Shown here piece after piece: positions 47,294 through 57,143 of a stretch of 64,000 nucleotides of DNA (its first letter is position 1; the number at the start of each line of letters is the position of its first letter). The notes beneath the pieces are model-generated. The model saw only the letters and a list, made by a program, of their open reading frames with translations, did no database searches and had not been told where the DNA came from. Both the position numbers and the translations under genes were made by a program. The DNA is from an uncultured Candidatus Rokubacteria bacterium (lineage in GTDB: Bacteria > Methylomirabilota > Methylomirabilia > Rokubacteriales > DASRDR01), in NCBI GenBank assembly GCA_963826115.1, contig CAWGVS010000005.1:1504001-1568000 (forward strand), written 5' to 3'.

Positions 47294-47970
47294 ACGGGTT
47301 CCTGCGCACGGCCTGGGCGGTCTTCCGGAAGGACCTCCTGGTCGAGCGGCGGGCGAAGGAGGGCGCCAACGCCCTCGGCTTCTTCGCGATCCTGCTCCTC
47401 TTCCTCTTCTACTTCGCGCTCGGACCCGATCGCGACCGGATCCGGGTCGCGCTGCCCGGCCTCTTCTGGCTGGCCTTCGTCCTGGCGGGCGTGCTCGGGC
47501 TCGGCCGCGCCTTCGCGCTCGAGCGCGACAACGACTGCCTCGACGGGCTCATCCTCGCGCCGGCCGACAAGGGAGCGATCTACCTCGGCAAGCTGGCGGG
47601 GACCACGGCGCTGATGCTGGCGATGGAGGTGGTCTTCGTCGTCGCGACCGGCATCTTCTACAACCTCGACATCTGGGCCGCGGTGCCGCGCCTCCTCTTG
47701 GTGGCGCTGGCCGGCACGATCGGCTTCGTGGCGGTGGGGACGCTGTTCGGGGCCATGACCGCCCAGCTCCGTGCGCGCGAGGTCCTGCTTCCGGTCCTCC
47801 TCCTGCCCCTCGTGGTCCCCGTCCTGCTCGCGGCCGTGAAGCTCACGGACCTCGCGCTGGCCGGCGAGGGCTGGGGGCCGGCGTGGCCCTGGTGGCAGCT
47901 CCTGCTCGGCTTCGACGTGGTGTTCGTGGTGGCCGGGCTCCTCACCTTCGAGTTCGTCCTGGAGGCGTGA
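47290..47970 (+). CDS. ccmB: Heme exporter permease CcmB
   Basis: F..E...CLDGL, REVLLPVLLLPL. Confidence 0.92.
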   Translation: MNGFLRTAWAVFRKDLLVERRAKEGANALGFFAILLLFLFYFALGPDRDRIRVALPGLFWLAFVLAGVLGLGRAFALERDNDCLDGLILAPADKGAIYLGKLAGTTALMLAMEVVFVVATGIFYNLDIWAAVPRLLLVALAGTIGFVAVGTLFGAMTAQLRAREVLLPVLLLPLVVPVLLAAVKLTDLALAGEGWGPAWPWWQLLLGFDVVFVVAGLLTFEFVLEA

Positions 47971-48638
47971 CGGTGCACCGGATCCTCGGCGGGCTGGCGG
48001 CGGTCCTCCTCGCGCTCGGGCTGTGGCTCGGACTCGGCTGGGCGCCCCGGGACGCCGTCCAGGGGAACGTCCAGCGCATCATGTACGTCCACGTCCCGTC
48101 GATCCTGACCGGCTACGCCGCGATCGGCCTCGTCCTGGTGGCGAGCATCGCCTACCTGTGGACGCGCCGGCCCGCCTGGGACCGCGTGGCGGCCGCCGGA
48201 GGCGAGCTCGCGGTCTGCTTCGTGGGGCTCACGCTGGCGACGGGCTCGATCTGGGGGAAGCCCACCTGGGGGACGTGGTGGACCTGGGACGCGCGACTCA
48301 CCTCGACCGCGCTCCTCTTCGTGATCTACCTCGGCTACCTCCTGCTCCGGAGCGTGGTGGAGGACCCGGAGCGCGCGGCGACGTATGCGGCCGTCCTCGG
48401 AATCGTCGGCGCCCTCGACGTCCCGATCATCCACTTCTCGGTCGAGTGGTGGCGCACCCTCCACCAGCCCGCGACCGTCCTGAAGCCGCAGGCGCCCTCG
48501 ATGGACCCGGCGATGCTCCGGGCGCTCCTCGTGAACATCGCGGCGTTCGTCGCGGCCTTCGCCTACCTCGCCGTCCGGCGCTACCGCCTGCTGACGCTCC
48601 GGGCCGAGCAGCTCGCCCGCGCCGTCGCGAGCTTGTAG
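47967..48638 (+). CDS. ccmC: Heme exporter CcmC
   Basis: YVHVP, WGKPTWGTWWTWDARLTS, WWRTLHQ. Confidence 0.95.
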   Translation: MTVHRILGGLAAVLLALGLWLGLGWAPRDAVQGNVQRIMYVHVPSILTGYAAIGLVLVASIAYLWTRRPAWDRVAAAGGELAVCFVGLTLATGSIWGKPTWGTWWTWDARLTSTALLFVIYLGYLLLRSVVEDPERAATYAAVLGIVGALDVPIIHFSVEWWRTLHQPATVLKPQAPSMDPAMLRALLVNIAAFVAAFAYLAVRRYRLLTLRAEQLARAVASL

Positions 48639-48667
48639 CCCGTGCCGCCGGCGGCCCGCGCCGCCGT

Positions 48668-48696
48668 TTGACGGCGGCGGGCCGCCCGGCTAGGAT
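48668..48696 (+). promoter_or_regulatory. Sigma70-type promoter
   Basis: TTGACG-N17-TAGGAT ahead of the 739-aa gene. Confidence 0.65.
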
Positions 48697-48743
48697 TCCG
48701 GCGAACTCCGCGTCGCCGGCGCCCGGTCCTCGGGAGGCTATCC

Positions 48744-50963
48744 ATGTGGACCACGGCTCGCTCCCTCGCCGCTCGGGTCACCCCCGGCTCGCTGCTGGGC
48801 CCGATGCTGCTCGCTGGCTGCGCGGCCGCCCCGGAGCCCTTCGTGCAGCTGTCCGGGACCTCCGGTCCGGTCTCCTGGGAGATCGTGGACGTCTCGCAGA
48901 CGACCGTCCCGGGGAAGGAGATCCGCTGGGACTACACGCTCGTCGTGCGGACCGACGGTGGCCCCATCCAGTTCGAGACGCTCGAGACCGGCAGCGAGGG
49001 CGGCGCCGAGGGCATCCACGCCAGCCCATTCGTGGAGCGCCTCGAGTCGCACGGACGGCTCGTCATCCACACCGCGTACACCGTCCAGCAGAACAAGATG
49101 AACTCCGAGCTGTTCGGCAACTCGGCGCTCGGGCGACACCTGGACGTCGTGCGGCTCTTCCACCGGCTCACGGGCAAGGACCTAAACGGCCAGCCCGTCC
49201 GCGTCGACGTGCGCTTCACGCTCGACGCGGGGCTCGGCGCCCAGACGTCCCGGCGCCCGACGCAATCCGGGGCGCAGACGCCCGGCACAGCCACTGGGGC
49301 CCCGCTGGCCGAGCCCCAGACCGCTGGCCCGGCCAGCCTGGCGCACCAGCGAATCGGAGCGGACGCGACGGCGCTCGAGCGAGCGATGCTCGACGACCTC
49401 CGGGACGGATCACTCGATCGCCACTCGCCGCTGGACGCGGCCCTCATCGTCAGCGGGGCGCGCGACCGCCAAGAGCTCGACGCCCTCCGGCGGCGCTTCG
49501 AAGCGGCCGTCGCGCCTATCGTGGCGCGCGTCAAGGACCTGCCCACACCCGCCGAGCGGGCTCCCGCGCTCCTGGGCGCTCTCCACCCCGCCCGCACTAG
49601 CCTGGCACCGCTCCTCCGGGAGTACACGCTGAACGCGACCACCCTGATCGACGTCATCGAGACCGGCCGCTACAACTGCGTGTCGGCGACGATCGTGTTC
49701 ACGCTTCTGGCGGCCCGCGTCGGGCTGGACGCGCACCCGGTCCTGGTCCCCTCGCACGCGCGCGCCGCAGTCCGCATCGGCGGCCGGCAGGTCCCCGTGG
49801 AGACGACCGAGCCCTACGGATTCGATCCGAGCGAGGCCGAGCGGCGGCAGATCCTGCGGCGCTTCCGCGCCGACGTGGACGCCGCGCCCTCCTACGCCGA
49901 CGAGCAGGCCACCGACGTCGACTTCATCGCCCTCCTGGGCGCCGTCTACACGAACGCCTCGACGCTCCGCTCGCAGGAGGGGAACGTCGCGGCGGCGGTG
50001 GCCGTCGCCGGCCGCGCGGACCTCTTCGTCTCCCCGGCGGACCGGGTCGTCCTGAGCCGGTTCCGGATCGGTCTCCTGAACGAGATGGCCGTCGAGAGCT
50101 CGCAGCGCGGGCACCGCGCGGACGCCGTGACCGCCCTCGAGGAGGCGCGACGCCTGGCGACGCAGGCGGACGACGTCGCGTTCGTCGATGAGAGCCTCAC
50201 GGCCGTCGCCCTCGCCTGGATCCACGAGATCAGGGACTCCGCCGACGACGCCACGGTCCTCGCCTTCGCCGATCGCTTCGCCGGGGGGTCGGTCACTCGC
50301 GACGAGGTCCGCTCGTACGCGCTCCGGCTCGTCGCCTACCGGCGGACACAGCGCCGGGAGTGGGAGGCCGCCGTCCGCGACCTGCGGGAGGCCGCGACCC
50401 TGACCCGCATCCCCGCGTCCCGCGACCACGTCGCCCGCGAGCTCGCCCGCGCCGAGCTCGCCTACGTCAACGAGCTGGTGTCGAAAGACGCCGAGCGCGC
50501 GTGGCACGCATACCAGGCTCTCCCGCGCGACGGGGACGACGCCGAGCTCGCGAGCGCGCGCCAGCATGTCGCCCACCGGGTCGCTGTCGCGCGCATCCGG
50601 TCGCTGACGGACCAGCGGCGATGTGAGGATCTCGAGGCCCCGCTCGCGCTCTGGCGAGACGCCGACACGAGCGCCGAGCCGGACGGCGCGAGCGCCACTT
50701 GCCACACGCGGCGCGGCCTCGCGCTCTGGGACCAGGGGGAGATCGACCAGGCCACCGACGACTTCCGACGCGCATACCGGCTCGCCCCGCGTGATCCGGT
50801 GACGGAGCAGAACCTCGTCGCCGGGCTCCAGCGCCTCATCGCGGACCGGATCCGCGTGGGGCGGTGCCCGGACGCCCGCCCGCTGATCGCCGAGGGACGA
50901 ACGGTGGCGGCGGCGGACGCCTGGTTCCAGCGGGCGGCCGCGCGCTGCGACCAGCCCCCCTGA
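48744..50963 (+). CDS. Putative lipoprotein with a transglutaminase-like domain and TPR-like repeats
   Basis: LLAGC lipobox; GRYNCVS...PSH...VETT; helical repeats ending AYRLAP.D. Confidence 0.75.
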   Translation: MWTTARSLAARVTPGSLLGPMLLAGCAAAPEPFVQLSGTSGPVSWEIVDVSQTTVPGKEIRWDYTLVVRTDGGPIQFETLETGSEGGAEGIHASPFVERLESHGRLVIHTAYTVQQNKMNSELFGNSALGRHLDVVRLFHRLTGKDLNGQPVRVDVRFTLDAGLGAQTSRRPTQSGAQTPGTATGAPLAEPQTAGPASLAHQRIGADATALERAMLDDLRDGSLDRHSPLDAALIVSGARDRQELDALRRRFEAAVAPIVARVKDLPTPAERAPALLGALHPARTSLAPLLREYTLNATTLIDVIETGRYNCVSATIVFTLLAARVGLDAHPVLVPSHARAAVRIGGRQVPVETTEPYGFDPSEAERRQILRRFRADVDAAPSYADEQATDVDFIALLGAVYTNASTLRSQEGNVAAAVAVAGRADLFVSPADRVVLSRFRIGLLNEMAVESSQRGHRADAVTALEEARRLATQADDVAFVDESLTAVALAWIHEIRDSADDATVLAFADRFAGGSVTRDEVRSYALRLVAYRRTQRREWEAAVRDLREAATLTRIPASRDHVARELARAELAYVNELVSKDAERAWHAYQALPRDGDDAELASARQHVAHRVAVARIRSLTDQRRCEDLEAPLALWRDADTSAEPDGASATCHTRRGLALWDQGEIDQATDDFRRAYRLAPRDPVTEQNLVAGLQRLIADRIRVGRCPDARPLIAEGRTVAAADAWFQRAAARCDQPP

Positions 50964-50990
50964 GACGCTAGGCGGCGAGCCGCCGCGCGC

Positions 50991-52229
50991 TCAGGGCGAC
51001 TCGGTGTTCCAGAGGAACTCGCGCCGGCCGCCACGGGGCACGACGACCAGCCCGGACGCGTCGACCCGGTAGCGCTCCCGGTCCGCGGCGGGATCGAGCC
51101 CGAGCTGCTGCCCCGCCGAGATGATGTTGTAGCGGTCCACGATGCTGCGCCGGAGGTGGGCGCCCTTCCCGACCGACGTGAAGTCCATGACGATCGAGTC
51201 CTCGATCACCGCGCCCTCGTTCACCCACACGCCCCGGCCCAGGATCGAGTTCCGGATCGTGGCCCGCACGACGAGGGACCCCTCGCCGACCTGGGCGTTC
51301 TCGAAGTCCCCGCCGATGATCCGGGCCGGCGGGCCGTCGTACCGGCCCGCGTGGATCGGCCAGCGCCGGTTGTCGAGGTCCAACGCCGGGGTCTCGCCCA
51401 GGAGGTCCATGTGCGCCCGCCAGTACGCGTCGAGCTCGCCCACGTCTCGCCAGTACCCGGGCTCCTCGTAGGGCTTGATGCCGGGCACGATGTTCCCCTG
51501 GAAGTCGTAGGCGAAGACGCGGGCCGACGGGACCAGCGCGGGGATGATGCTCTTCCCGAAGTCGTGGTCGGTGGCCTGCCGCGCGTCGGCGAGCAGCGCG
51601 TCGACGAGGACTCGCCGCGAGAACAGGTAGTTCCCCATCGACACCAGCGCCTGCTTCGGGTTCCCGGGCATGCCCCGCGGCGACGCGGGCTTCTCGGCGA
51701 ACTCGACGACGCGCCCGGTCGCGTCCACGACCAGGTTCCCGAAGCTCGAGGCCTCGGCGACCGGAACGGGGCGCGCGGCCACCGTGACGTCGGCGTCGTG
51801 CTCGCGGTGAAACGCCACCATCTGGTTCACGTCCATCCGGTAGATGTGATCGGCGCCGAACACCGCGACCAGGTCGGGGTCGAAGTCGTCGATCAGGTTC
51901 AGGTTCTGGAGCACGGCGTCCGCGCTGCCGCGGAACCACATCTCCCCGATCCGCATCTGCGGCGGCACGACCGCGATGAAGTGGTCGGGCACCAGGCCGC
52001 TCGTCTGCCAGGCCACCCGGAGGTGCTCGATCAGCGACTGCGACATGTACTGCACGAGGACGTAGAGCGAGAGGATCCGGGAATTGACGAAGTTCGAGAG
52101 GACGAAGTCGATGATGCGGTAGCGGCCGCCGAAGGGAACGGCGGGCTTGCTGCGCTCGCGCGTCAGGGGGTCGAGACGCGAGCCCTTCCCTCCGGCGAGG
52201 ATCAGGGCGAGAACGCGGTCTCGCGGCAT
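50991..52229 (-). CDS. glgC: Glucose-1-phosphate adenylyltransferase
   Basis: ILAGGKGSRL, KPAVPFGGRYRIIDF, ADHIYRMD, FAEKP, YWRDVG. Confidence 0.97.
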   Translation of the reverse strand: MPRDRVLALILAGGKGSRLDPLTRERSKPAVPFGGRYRIIDFVLSNFVNSRILSLYVLVQYMSQSLIEHLRVAWQTSGLVPDHFIAVVPPQMRIGEMWFRGSADAVLQNLNLIDDFDPDLVAVFGADHIYRMDVNQMVAFHREHDADVTVAARPVPVAEASSFGNLVVDATGRVVEFAEKPASPRGMPGNPKQALVSMGNYLFSRRVLVDALLADARQATDHDFGKSIIPALVPSARVFAYDFQGNIVPGIKPYEEPGYWRDVGELDAYWRAHMDLLGETPALDLDNRRWPIHAGRYDGPPARIIGGDFENAQVGEGSLVVRATIRNSILGRGVWVNEGAVIEDSIVMDFTSVGKGAHLRRSIVDRYNIISAGQQLGLDPAADRERYRVDASGLVVVPRGGRREFLWNTESP

Positions 52230-52289
52230 CGGTCGGCCCTCGGGTGCCCGGCGCCTCAGTGGAACCTCGGCAGCGCGGTCCGGAGTATA

Positions 52290-54524
52290 TCAGGCCCCGG
52301 GCTTCAGCATCACGACGCCGAGCGGAGGGAGGGTGAGGGTCACGGAGAACGGCTGGCCGGTCCACGGCCGGGCCTCGGCCCGGACGCCGCCGGCGTTACC
52401 GAGATTGCTCCCCCCGTAGTAGCCGGCGTCGGTGTTGAGGAGCTCCCGGTAGAACCCCTCGAACGGGACGCCGACCCGGTAGCCGTGGCGGGGCACGGGG
52501 GTGAAGTTGCACGCGACGAGCACGACGTCCCGGGGGTCCCGCGCCCGCCGGACGAAGGCCACCACGCTCTGCTCGGCGTCGGAGCAGTCCATCCACTGGA
52601 AGCCTGCGGGCTCGAAGTCGACCTGGTGCAGCGCCGGCTCCGTTCGGTAGACGCGGTTCAGGTCGCGGACGAGCGCCTGGAGCCCCCGGTGGTAGGGCCC
52701 CGCGTCGAGGAGGTGCCAGTCGAGGCTCCGGTCGTGGTTCCACTCGCGCGTCTGGCCGAACTCCCCGCCCATGAAGACGTGCTTCTTGCCGGGGTGCCCG
52801 TACATGAAGCCGTAGAGCGCCCGCAGTCCGGCGAACTTCTGCCAGTCGTTGCCCGGCATCCGCGCGTGGAGCGAGCCCTTGCCGTGGACCATCTCGTCGT
52901 GGGACAGGGGGAGGACGAAGTTCTCGTGCCACGCGTACAGGAGCCCGAAGGTGAGCTTGTTGTGGTGGTACTTCCGGTAGACCGCGTCGCGACTCATGTA
53001 GTCGAGCACGTCGTGCATCCAGCCCATGTTCCACTTGAAGCCGAAGCCGAGTCCGCCCACGTACGTGGGGCGCGAGACCATCGGCCACGACGTGGACTCC
53101 TCGGCGATCGTCATGGTGGCGGGGTGGTACTGGTAGATGACCTCGTTGAACCGCCGGATGAAGGCGATCGCCTCGAGGTTCTCCCGGCCTCCGTGCCGGT
53201 TCGGCAGCCACTCCCCGGGCCGCTTGGAGTAGTCGAGGTAGAGCATCGAGGCGACGGCGTCGACCCGAAGCCCGTCGAGGTGATAGCGCGCGAGCCAGTA
53301 GAGGGCGTTGCCGATGAGGTAGTTGGCGACCTCGTGCCGGCCGAAATTGAAGAGGAGCGTCCCCCAGTCCGGCTGTTCGCGCCGCCGGGGGTCGGCGTGC
53401 TCGTAGAGGTAGGTGCCGTCGAAGTACGCGAGGCCCTGCGGGTCCCGGGGGAAGTGCGCGGGCACCCAGTCGAGGATGACGCCAAGGCCCCGGGCGTGCA
53501 GCGCGTCGACGAACCCCATGAAGTCCTGCGCCGTCCCGTACCGCCGGGTCGGCGCGAAGGCGCCGATCTGCTGGTACCCCCACGAGCCGTAGAACGGGTG
53601 CTCGCCCACCGGCAGGAGCTCGACGTGCGTGTAGCCCATGTCGCGCGCGTAGTCCCCCAGGGACTCGCCGAGCTCGCGGTAGGTCAGGAACCGGTCGCCC
53701 TCGTCGGGAACGCGGCGCCAGGACCCCAGGTGGACCTCGTAGATCGTGACGGGAGCGTCGAGCGCGTTCCGCCGCGCGCGCTCGGCCATCCATGCGCCGT
53801 CGTTCCAGGCGTAGCCGTCGAGCGAGGCCACCACGGAGGCGGTGCGCGGCTCCTCGATCTCGAACTCGAAGGCGAAGGGATCGGCCTTGAGCGGCAGGAG
53901 CGCGCCGTCCGGGCCCAGGAGCTCGAACTTGTACCGGCTCCCCTCCCCGAGCTCCGGAACGAACAGCTCCCAGATGCCGGCGCCCGGATGGCGTCGCATC
54001 GGGTGGCGGCGGCCGTCCCACCCGTTGAAGTCGCCGACGACGCTCACCCGGCGGGCGCTCGGCGCCCACACGGAGAAGACCACGCCCGCCACCCCGTCGA
54101 GGACGAGCGCGTGCGCGCCGAGCTTCTCGTAGGCTTGGTAGTGGGTGCCCTCGCCCAGGAGGAGCCGGTCGAAGTCCGACAGGGTCGATGGGAACCGGTA
54201 GGGGTCGTCGATCTCGCGCACCCGCCCCGGGCCTTCCGTCACCGCGAGACGATAGCGGAACGGCGCAGCGCGCTCCGGAAACGTCGCCTCGAAGACGCCG
54301 TCCGGATGCAGACGCTCCATGACGCGCGGAGCCAGGCCGGGCTCGGCCGGACGCACCTCGGCCGCGGCCGCCCCCGGGAGGAACGCCCGGATCGCGAGCG
54401 CCGTCGCGCCGTTCTCCCGGCACACGTGTGGACCCAGGACCGCGAAGGGATCCGGATGGCGCCCCTGTACCAGGGCCTCCACGTCGTCTGCCGGGAGGGA
54501 GCCGCGGACCGCGGAAGACCTCAT
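52290..54524 (-). CDS. glgB: 1,4-alpha-glucan branching enzyme
   Basis: IYEVHLGSW, DWVPAHF, RVDAVASMLY, AEEST, LSHDE. Confidence 0.97.
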   Translation of the reverse strand: MRSSAVRGSLPADDVEALVQGRHPDPFAVLGPHVCRENGATALAIRAFLPGAAAAEVRPAEPGLAPRVMERLHPDGVFEATFPERAAPFRYRLAVTEGPGRVREIDDPYRFPSTLSDFDRLLLGEGTHYQAYEKLGAHALVLDGVAGVVFSVWAPSARRVSVVGDFNGWDGRRHPMRRHPGAGIWELFVPELGEGSRYKFELLGPDGALLPLKADPFAFEFEIEEPRTASVVASLDGYAWNDGAWMAERARRNALDAPVTIYEVHLGSWRRVPDEGDRFLTYRELGESLGDYARDMGYTHVELLPVGEHPFYGSWGYQQIGAFAPTRRYGTAQDFMGFVDALHARGLGVILDWVPAHFPRDPQGLAYFDGTYLYEHADPRRREQPDWGTLLFNFGRHEVANYLIGNALYWLARYHLDGLRVDAVASMLYLDYSKRPGEWLPNRHGGRENLEAIAFIRRFNEVIYQYHPATMTIAEESTSWPMVSRPTYVGGLGFGFKWNMGWMHDVLDYMSRDAVYRKYHHNKLTFGLLYAWHENFVLPLSHDEMVHGKGSLHARMPGNDWQKFAGLRALYGFMYGHPGKKHVFMGGEFGQTREWNHDRSLDWHLLDAGPYHRGLQALVRDLNRVYRTEPALHQVDFEPAGFQWMDCSDAEQSVVAFVRRARDPRDVVLVACNFTPVPRHGYRVGVPFEGFYRELLNTDAGYYGGSNLGNAGGVRAEARPWTGQPFSVTLTLPPLGVVMLKPGA

Positions 54525-54577
54525 CATTTCGATTGTACGCGGGCCGGCGCCGCGGAGGCGCGGGTATACTACGTGGA

Positions 54578-54715
54578 ATGGGTCACGCCGCTTTCGTGCT
54601 CGCCGCCTACGCGCTCGTGTTCGGCGTGCTGCTCGTCTACTGGCAACGCGTGGAGCGCGGGATCCGGGCGCTCGAGCGCGAGGCTGGCGGCGACTCCGGC
54701 AGAGGTCAGCCATGA
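54578..54715 (+). CDS. ccmD: CcmD-like small membrane protein
   Basis: MGHAAFVLAAYALVFGVLLVYW: single TM plus charged tail; ATGA overlap with ccmE. Confidence 0.8.
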   Translation: MGHAAFVLAAYALVFGVLLVYWQRVERGIRALEREAGGDSGRGQP

Positions 54716-55179
54716 CGCGGCGCCGGAAGCTCCTCCTCGGTGCCGCGGTCATCGTCCTCGCGCTGGGGGGGCTCATCATGACGGGCGTCCGGCAGTCCGT
54801 CGTCTACTTCGTGACGCCGTCCGAGCTCATGGCCGAGGACCGCTCCACCGGCAAGTCGTACCGCCTGGGAGGCATGGTCGTCCAGGGATCGCTCACGCAG
54901 AACGTCGCCGCGCACGAGCAGCGCTTCATGTTGACCGACGGGAAGGCCTCCGTCCCGGTCTACCACCGCGGGATCCCGCCCGACCTCTTCGCCGAGGGAC
55001 GCGGCGCGGTGGTCGAGGGCCGCCTCACCGCCGACGGCACGTTCCAGGCGAGCACGATCATGGCGAAGCACTCCGAGGAGTACCGCGCGCCGGACGGGGC
55101 CGTGCCGGGCCACGAGCAGCTTCTCCGCACCCTCCGCCCCGACGCCGCCGGCGCCGGCGCGAGCAGCGCGCCCAGGTGA
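54712..55179 (+). CDS. ccmE: Heme chaperone CcmE
   Basis: RLGGMV, PDLF.EG, AKHSEEY (HxxxY). Confidence 0.95.
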   Translation: MTRRRKLLLGAAVIVLALGGLIMTGVRQSVVYFVTPSELMAEDRSTGKSYRLGGMVVQGSLTQNVAAHEQRFMLTDGKASVPVYHRGIPPDLFAEGRGAVVEGRLTADGTFQASTIMAKHSEEYRAPDGAVPGHEQLLRTLRPDAAGAGASSAPR

Positions 55180-55709
55180 AGCTCCGGGCACGCTGGCTCA
55201 TCCCGCTCGCCGCGCTCCCGGTCGTGGGGCTCCTGGCCTACGGCTTCCGCACGGACCCCCGGAGCGTCCCGTCGCCGCTGGTCGGCCGGCCGGCGCCGGC
55301 CTTCGCGCTGACCACGTTCGACGGCAAGCCGGTCAGCCTGGAGAGCCAGCGGGGCAAGGTCCTCGTCCTCAACTTCTGGGCGTCGTGGTGCTACCCCGCG
55401 TGCTACGAAGAGGCCCCGATCCTCGAGGCGAGCTGGCGCCGGCTCCAGGCCCAGGGCGTGACCGTGCTGGGCGTCGCCATCCAGGACAAGGATCCTGCCT
55501 CCCTCGAGTTCATCCAGCGCTTCGGCCTCACCTTCCCCAACGCGCCTGACCCCGCGGGCAAGGTGTCGATCGACTACGGGATCTATGGCGTCCCCGAGAC
55601 CTTCGTGATCGACCGGCGCGGTGTGATCCGCCGCAAGCACGTCGGCGCGGTCTCCGAGGCCGTTTTCCGTGAGTGGGTCGAGCCGCTCCTCTCCGAGACG
55701 GCGGGATGA
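55176..55709 (+). CDS. ccmG: CcmG/TlpA family thiol-disulfide oxidoreductase (CxxxC variant)
   Basis: PSPLVGRPAP.F, NFWASWCYPAC, YGIYGVPETF. Confidence 0.88.
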   Translation: MKLRARWLIPLAALPVVGLLAYGFRTDPRSVPSPLVGRPAPAFALTTFDGKPVSLESQRGKVLVLNFWASWCYPACYEEAPILEASWRRLQAQGVTVLGVAIQDKDPASLEFIQRFGLTFPNAPDPAGKVSIDYGIYGVPETFVIDRRGVIRRKHVGAVSEAVFREWVEPLLSETAG

Positions 55710-56212
55710 GCACCGGGCCGCGCGGTCGTCCCGACACGCGATGCGTGTGGAGCTCCGTCGCGTGGCTCCTGGTGGTGGCCGCGCTCGTCGGCGGTCTCCC
55801 CGCGCTGTCGGCCGCGGCGGTGAGTGAGGAGGAAGTCCACGCGATCGCCGCGGAGCTCCGCTGCGTCGTGTGCCAGAACCTCTCGGTCGCCGACTCCCCC
55901 TCCGAGATGGCGCACCAGATGCGAGATCTGATCCGCGAGCGCCTGGCCGCGGGGGACCGCCCCGACCAGGTCATGGCCTACTTCGTCCAGCGATACGGAG
56001 ACTGGGTCCTCCTCGCGCCGCCCGCCCGCGGGCTCAACCTCGTCCTCTGGCTCGCGCCGTTCGCCGCGGTCGTGGGTGGCCTCGTGCTGGTCGTCTCCCT
56101 CGCGCGCCGGTGGCGCCGGACGCCCGCGTCCGCGTCGCTCCAGGCCCCGCCCGCGGTCGGCCCGGCGGACCGTGAGCGCCTCGCGGCCGAGCTCGAGCGG
56201 CTGGGCGACTAG
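55706..56212 (+). CDS. ccmH: Cytochrome c biogenesis protein CcmH
   Basis: LRCVVCQN, YG.WVLL.P. Confidence 0.93.
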   Translation: MSTGPRGRPDTRCVWSSVAWLLVVAALVGGLPALSAAAVSEEEVHAIAAELRCVVCQNLSVADSPSEMAHQMRDLIRERLAAGDRPDQVMAYFVQRYGDWVLLAPPARGLNLVLWLAPFAAVVGGLVLVVSLARRWRRTPASASLQAPPAVGPADRERLAAELERLGD

Positions 56213-56222
56213 GCGCGGCGAG

Positions 56223-57143
56223 ATGATGGCCCTGGTCCTCCTCACCGCGGGGCTCGCGATCCCGGCCCTCGCCTTCGCCGCGTGGCCACTGCTCGGGCGC
56301 TCGGCCCACGCGGCCGCGCCCGCGCTCACCGACGACGACCGCGCGGGGCTCGAGAACGAGAAGCTCATCGCGCTTCGGGCGCTCCGCGAGCTCGAGCTCG
56401 ACCGCGTCGCCGGCCACGTGACCGAGGAGGACTACCGGGACCTCCACGCGCGGTACGAGGGGGACGCGGTCGCCGCGCTCCGGCGGCTCGACGCGCTCGG
56501 CCCGGCGCGGCCGCCACGCGCCGCGCCCACGCCAACCGTCGCGACGCCGTGGACGCGGCAGCCGGTCGCCCTCGGCGCGATGGGGGCGGGGCTCCTGGTC
56601 TTCGGCCTCGTCCTGGGCCTCCTCGTCTCGCGCTACTCGACGCCGGCGCCGCCCGAGCCCGACATGGTCACCGCGCCGCCCGGGATGCCGCCGGGCATGT
56701 CTCCGAGCTCGGGCGGGCCGCCGCGGCCGCTCTCGAAGGAGATGCTGCAGGGCATGCTCCAGGCGGCCCACGCGAGCCTCGACGCGGGCCGCTACCAGGA
56801 AGCGATCGCCGCCTACACCGCGGTGCTCCGGCGCGAGCCCCGGAACGTCGACGCGATCACCCATCTCGGCGTGATCCTGGCCCTGGCCGGCCACCACACC
56901 GACGCCCTCGAGGCGTTCGACCGGGCGCTCGCGATCGATCCCGACTACGCGCACGCCCTCTGGGACAAGGCGGGAACGCAGGAAGCGCTCCAGGACCACG
57001 GGGGCGCCGTCGCCACGCTCGAGCGTTTCGTCCGCGTCGCGCCGCCCGGACCCGACCGGGACCGCGCGCAGGCGCGCCTCCGCGAAGCGAAGGCGAAGCT
57101 CGCCACGGCGCCGAAGCCGGGCGCGGCGAGCCCGGGCCGATGA
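56223..57143 (+). CDS. CcmI-like TPR membrane protein
   Basis: TM, LRELELD...G.V...DY, second TM, TPRs; lies between ccmH and ccmF. Confidence 0.8.
   Translation: MMALVLLTAGLAIPALAFAAWPLLGRSAHAAAPALTDDDRAGLENEKLIALRALRELELDRVAGHVTEEDYRDLHARYEGDAVAALRRLDALGPARPPRAAPTPTVATPWTRQPVALGAMGAGLLVFGLVLGLLVSRYSTPAPPEPDMVTAPPGMPPGMSPSSGGPPRPLSKEMLQGMLQAAHASLDAGRYQEAIAAYTAVLRREPRNVDAITHLGVILALAGHHTDALEAFDRALAIDPDYAHALWDKAGTQEALQDHGGAVATLERFVRVAPPGPDRDRAQARLREAKAKLATAPKPGAASPGR

Noticed and set aside
48638-54564. Loose GC-rich inverted similarity at the ends of the block splitting ccm
   Set aside because: Needs gaps and is almost all G/C; no target-site duplication or transposase
51156-55709. 1517-aa plus-strand ORF
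   Set aside because: Antisense shadow of glgC/glgB in GC-rich DNA; only the last 177 codons (ccmG) are a real gene
56683-56703. PPGMPPGM short tandem repeat
   Set aside because: Low-complexity linker within the CcmI-like protein
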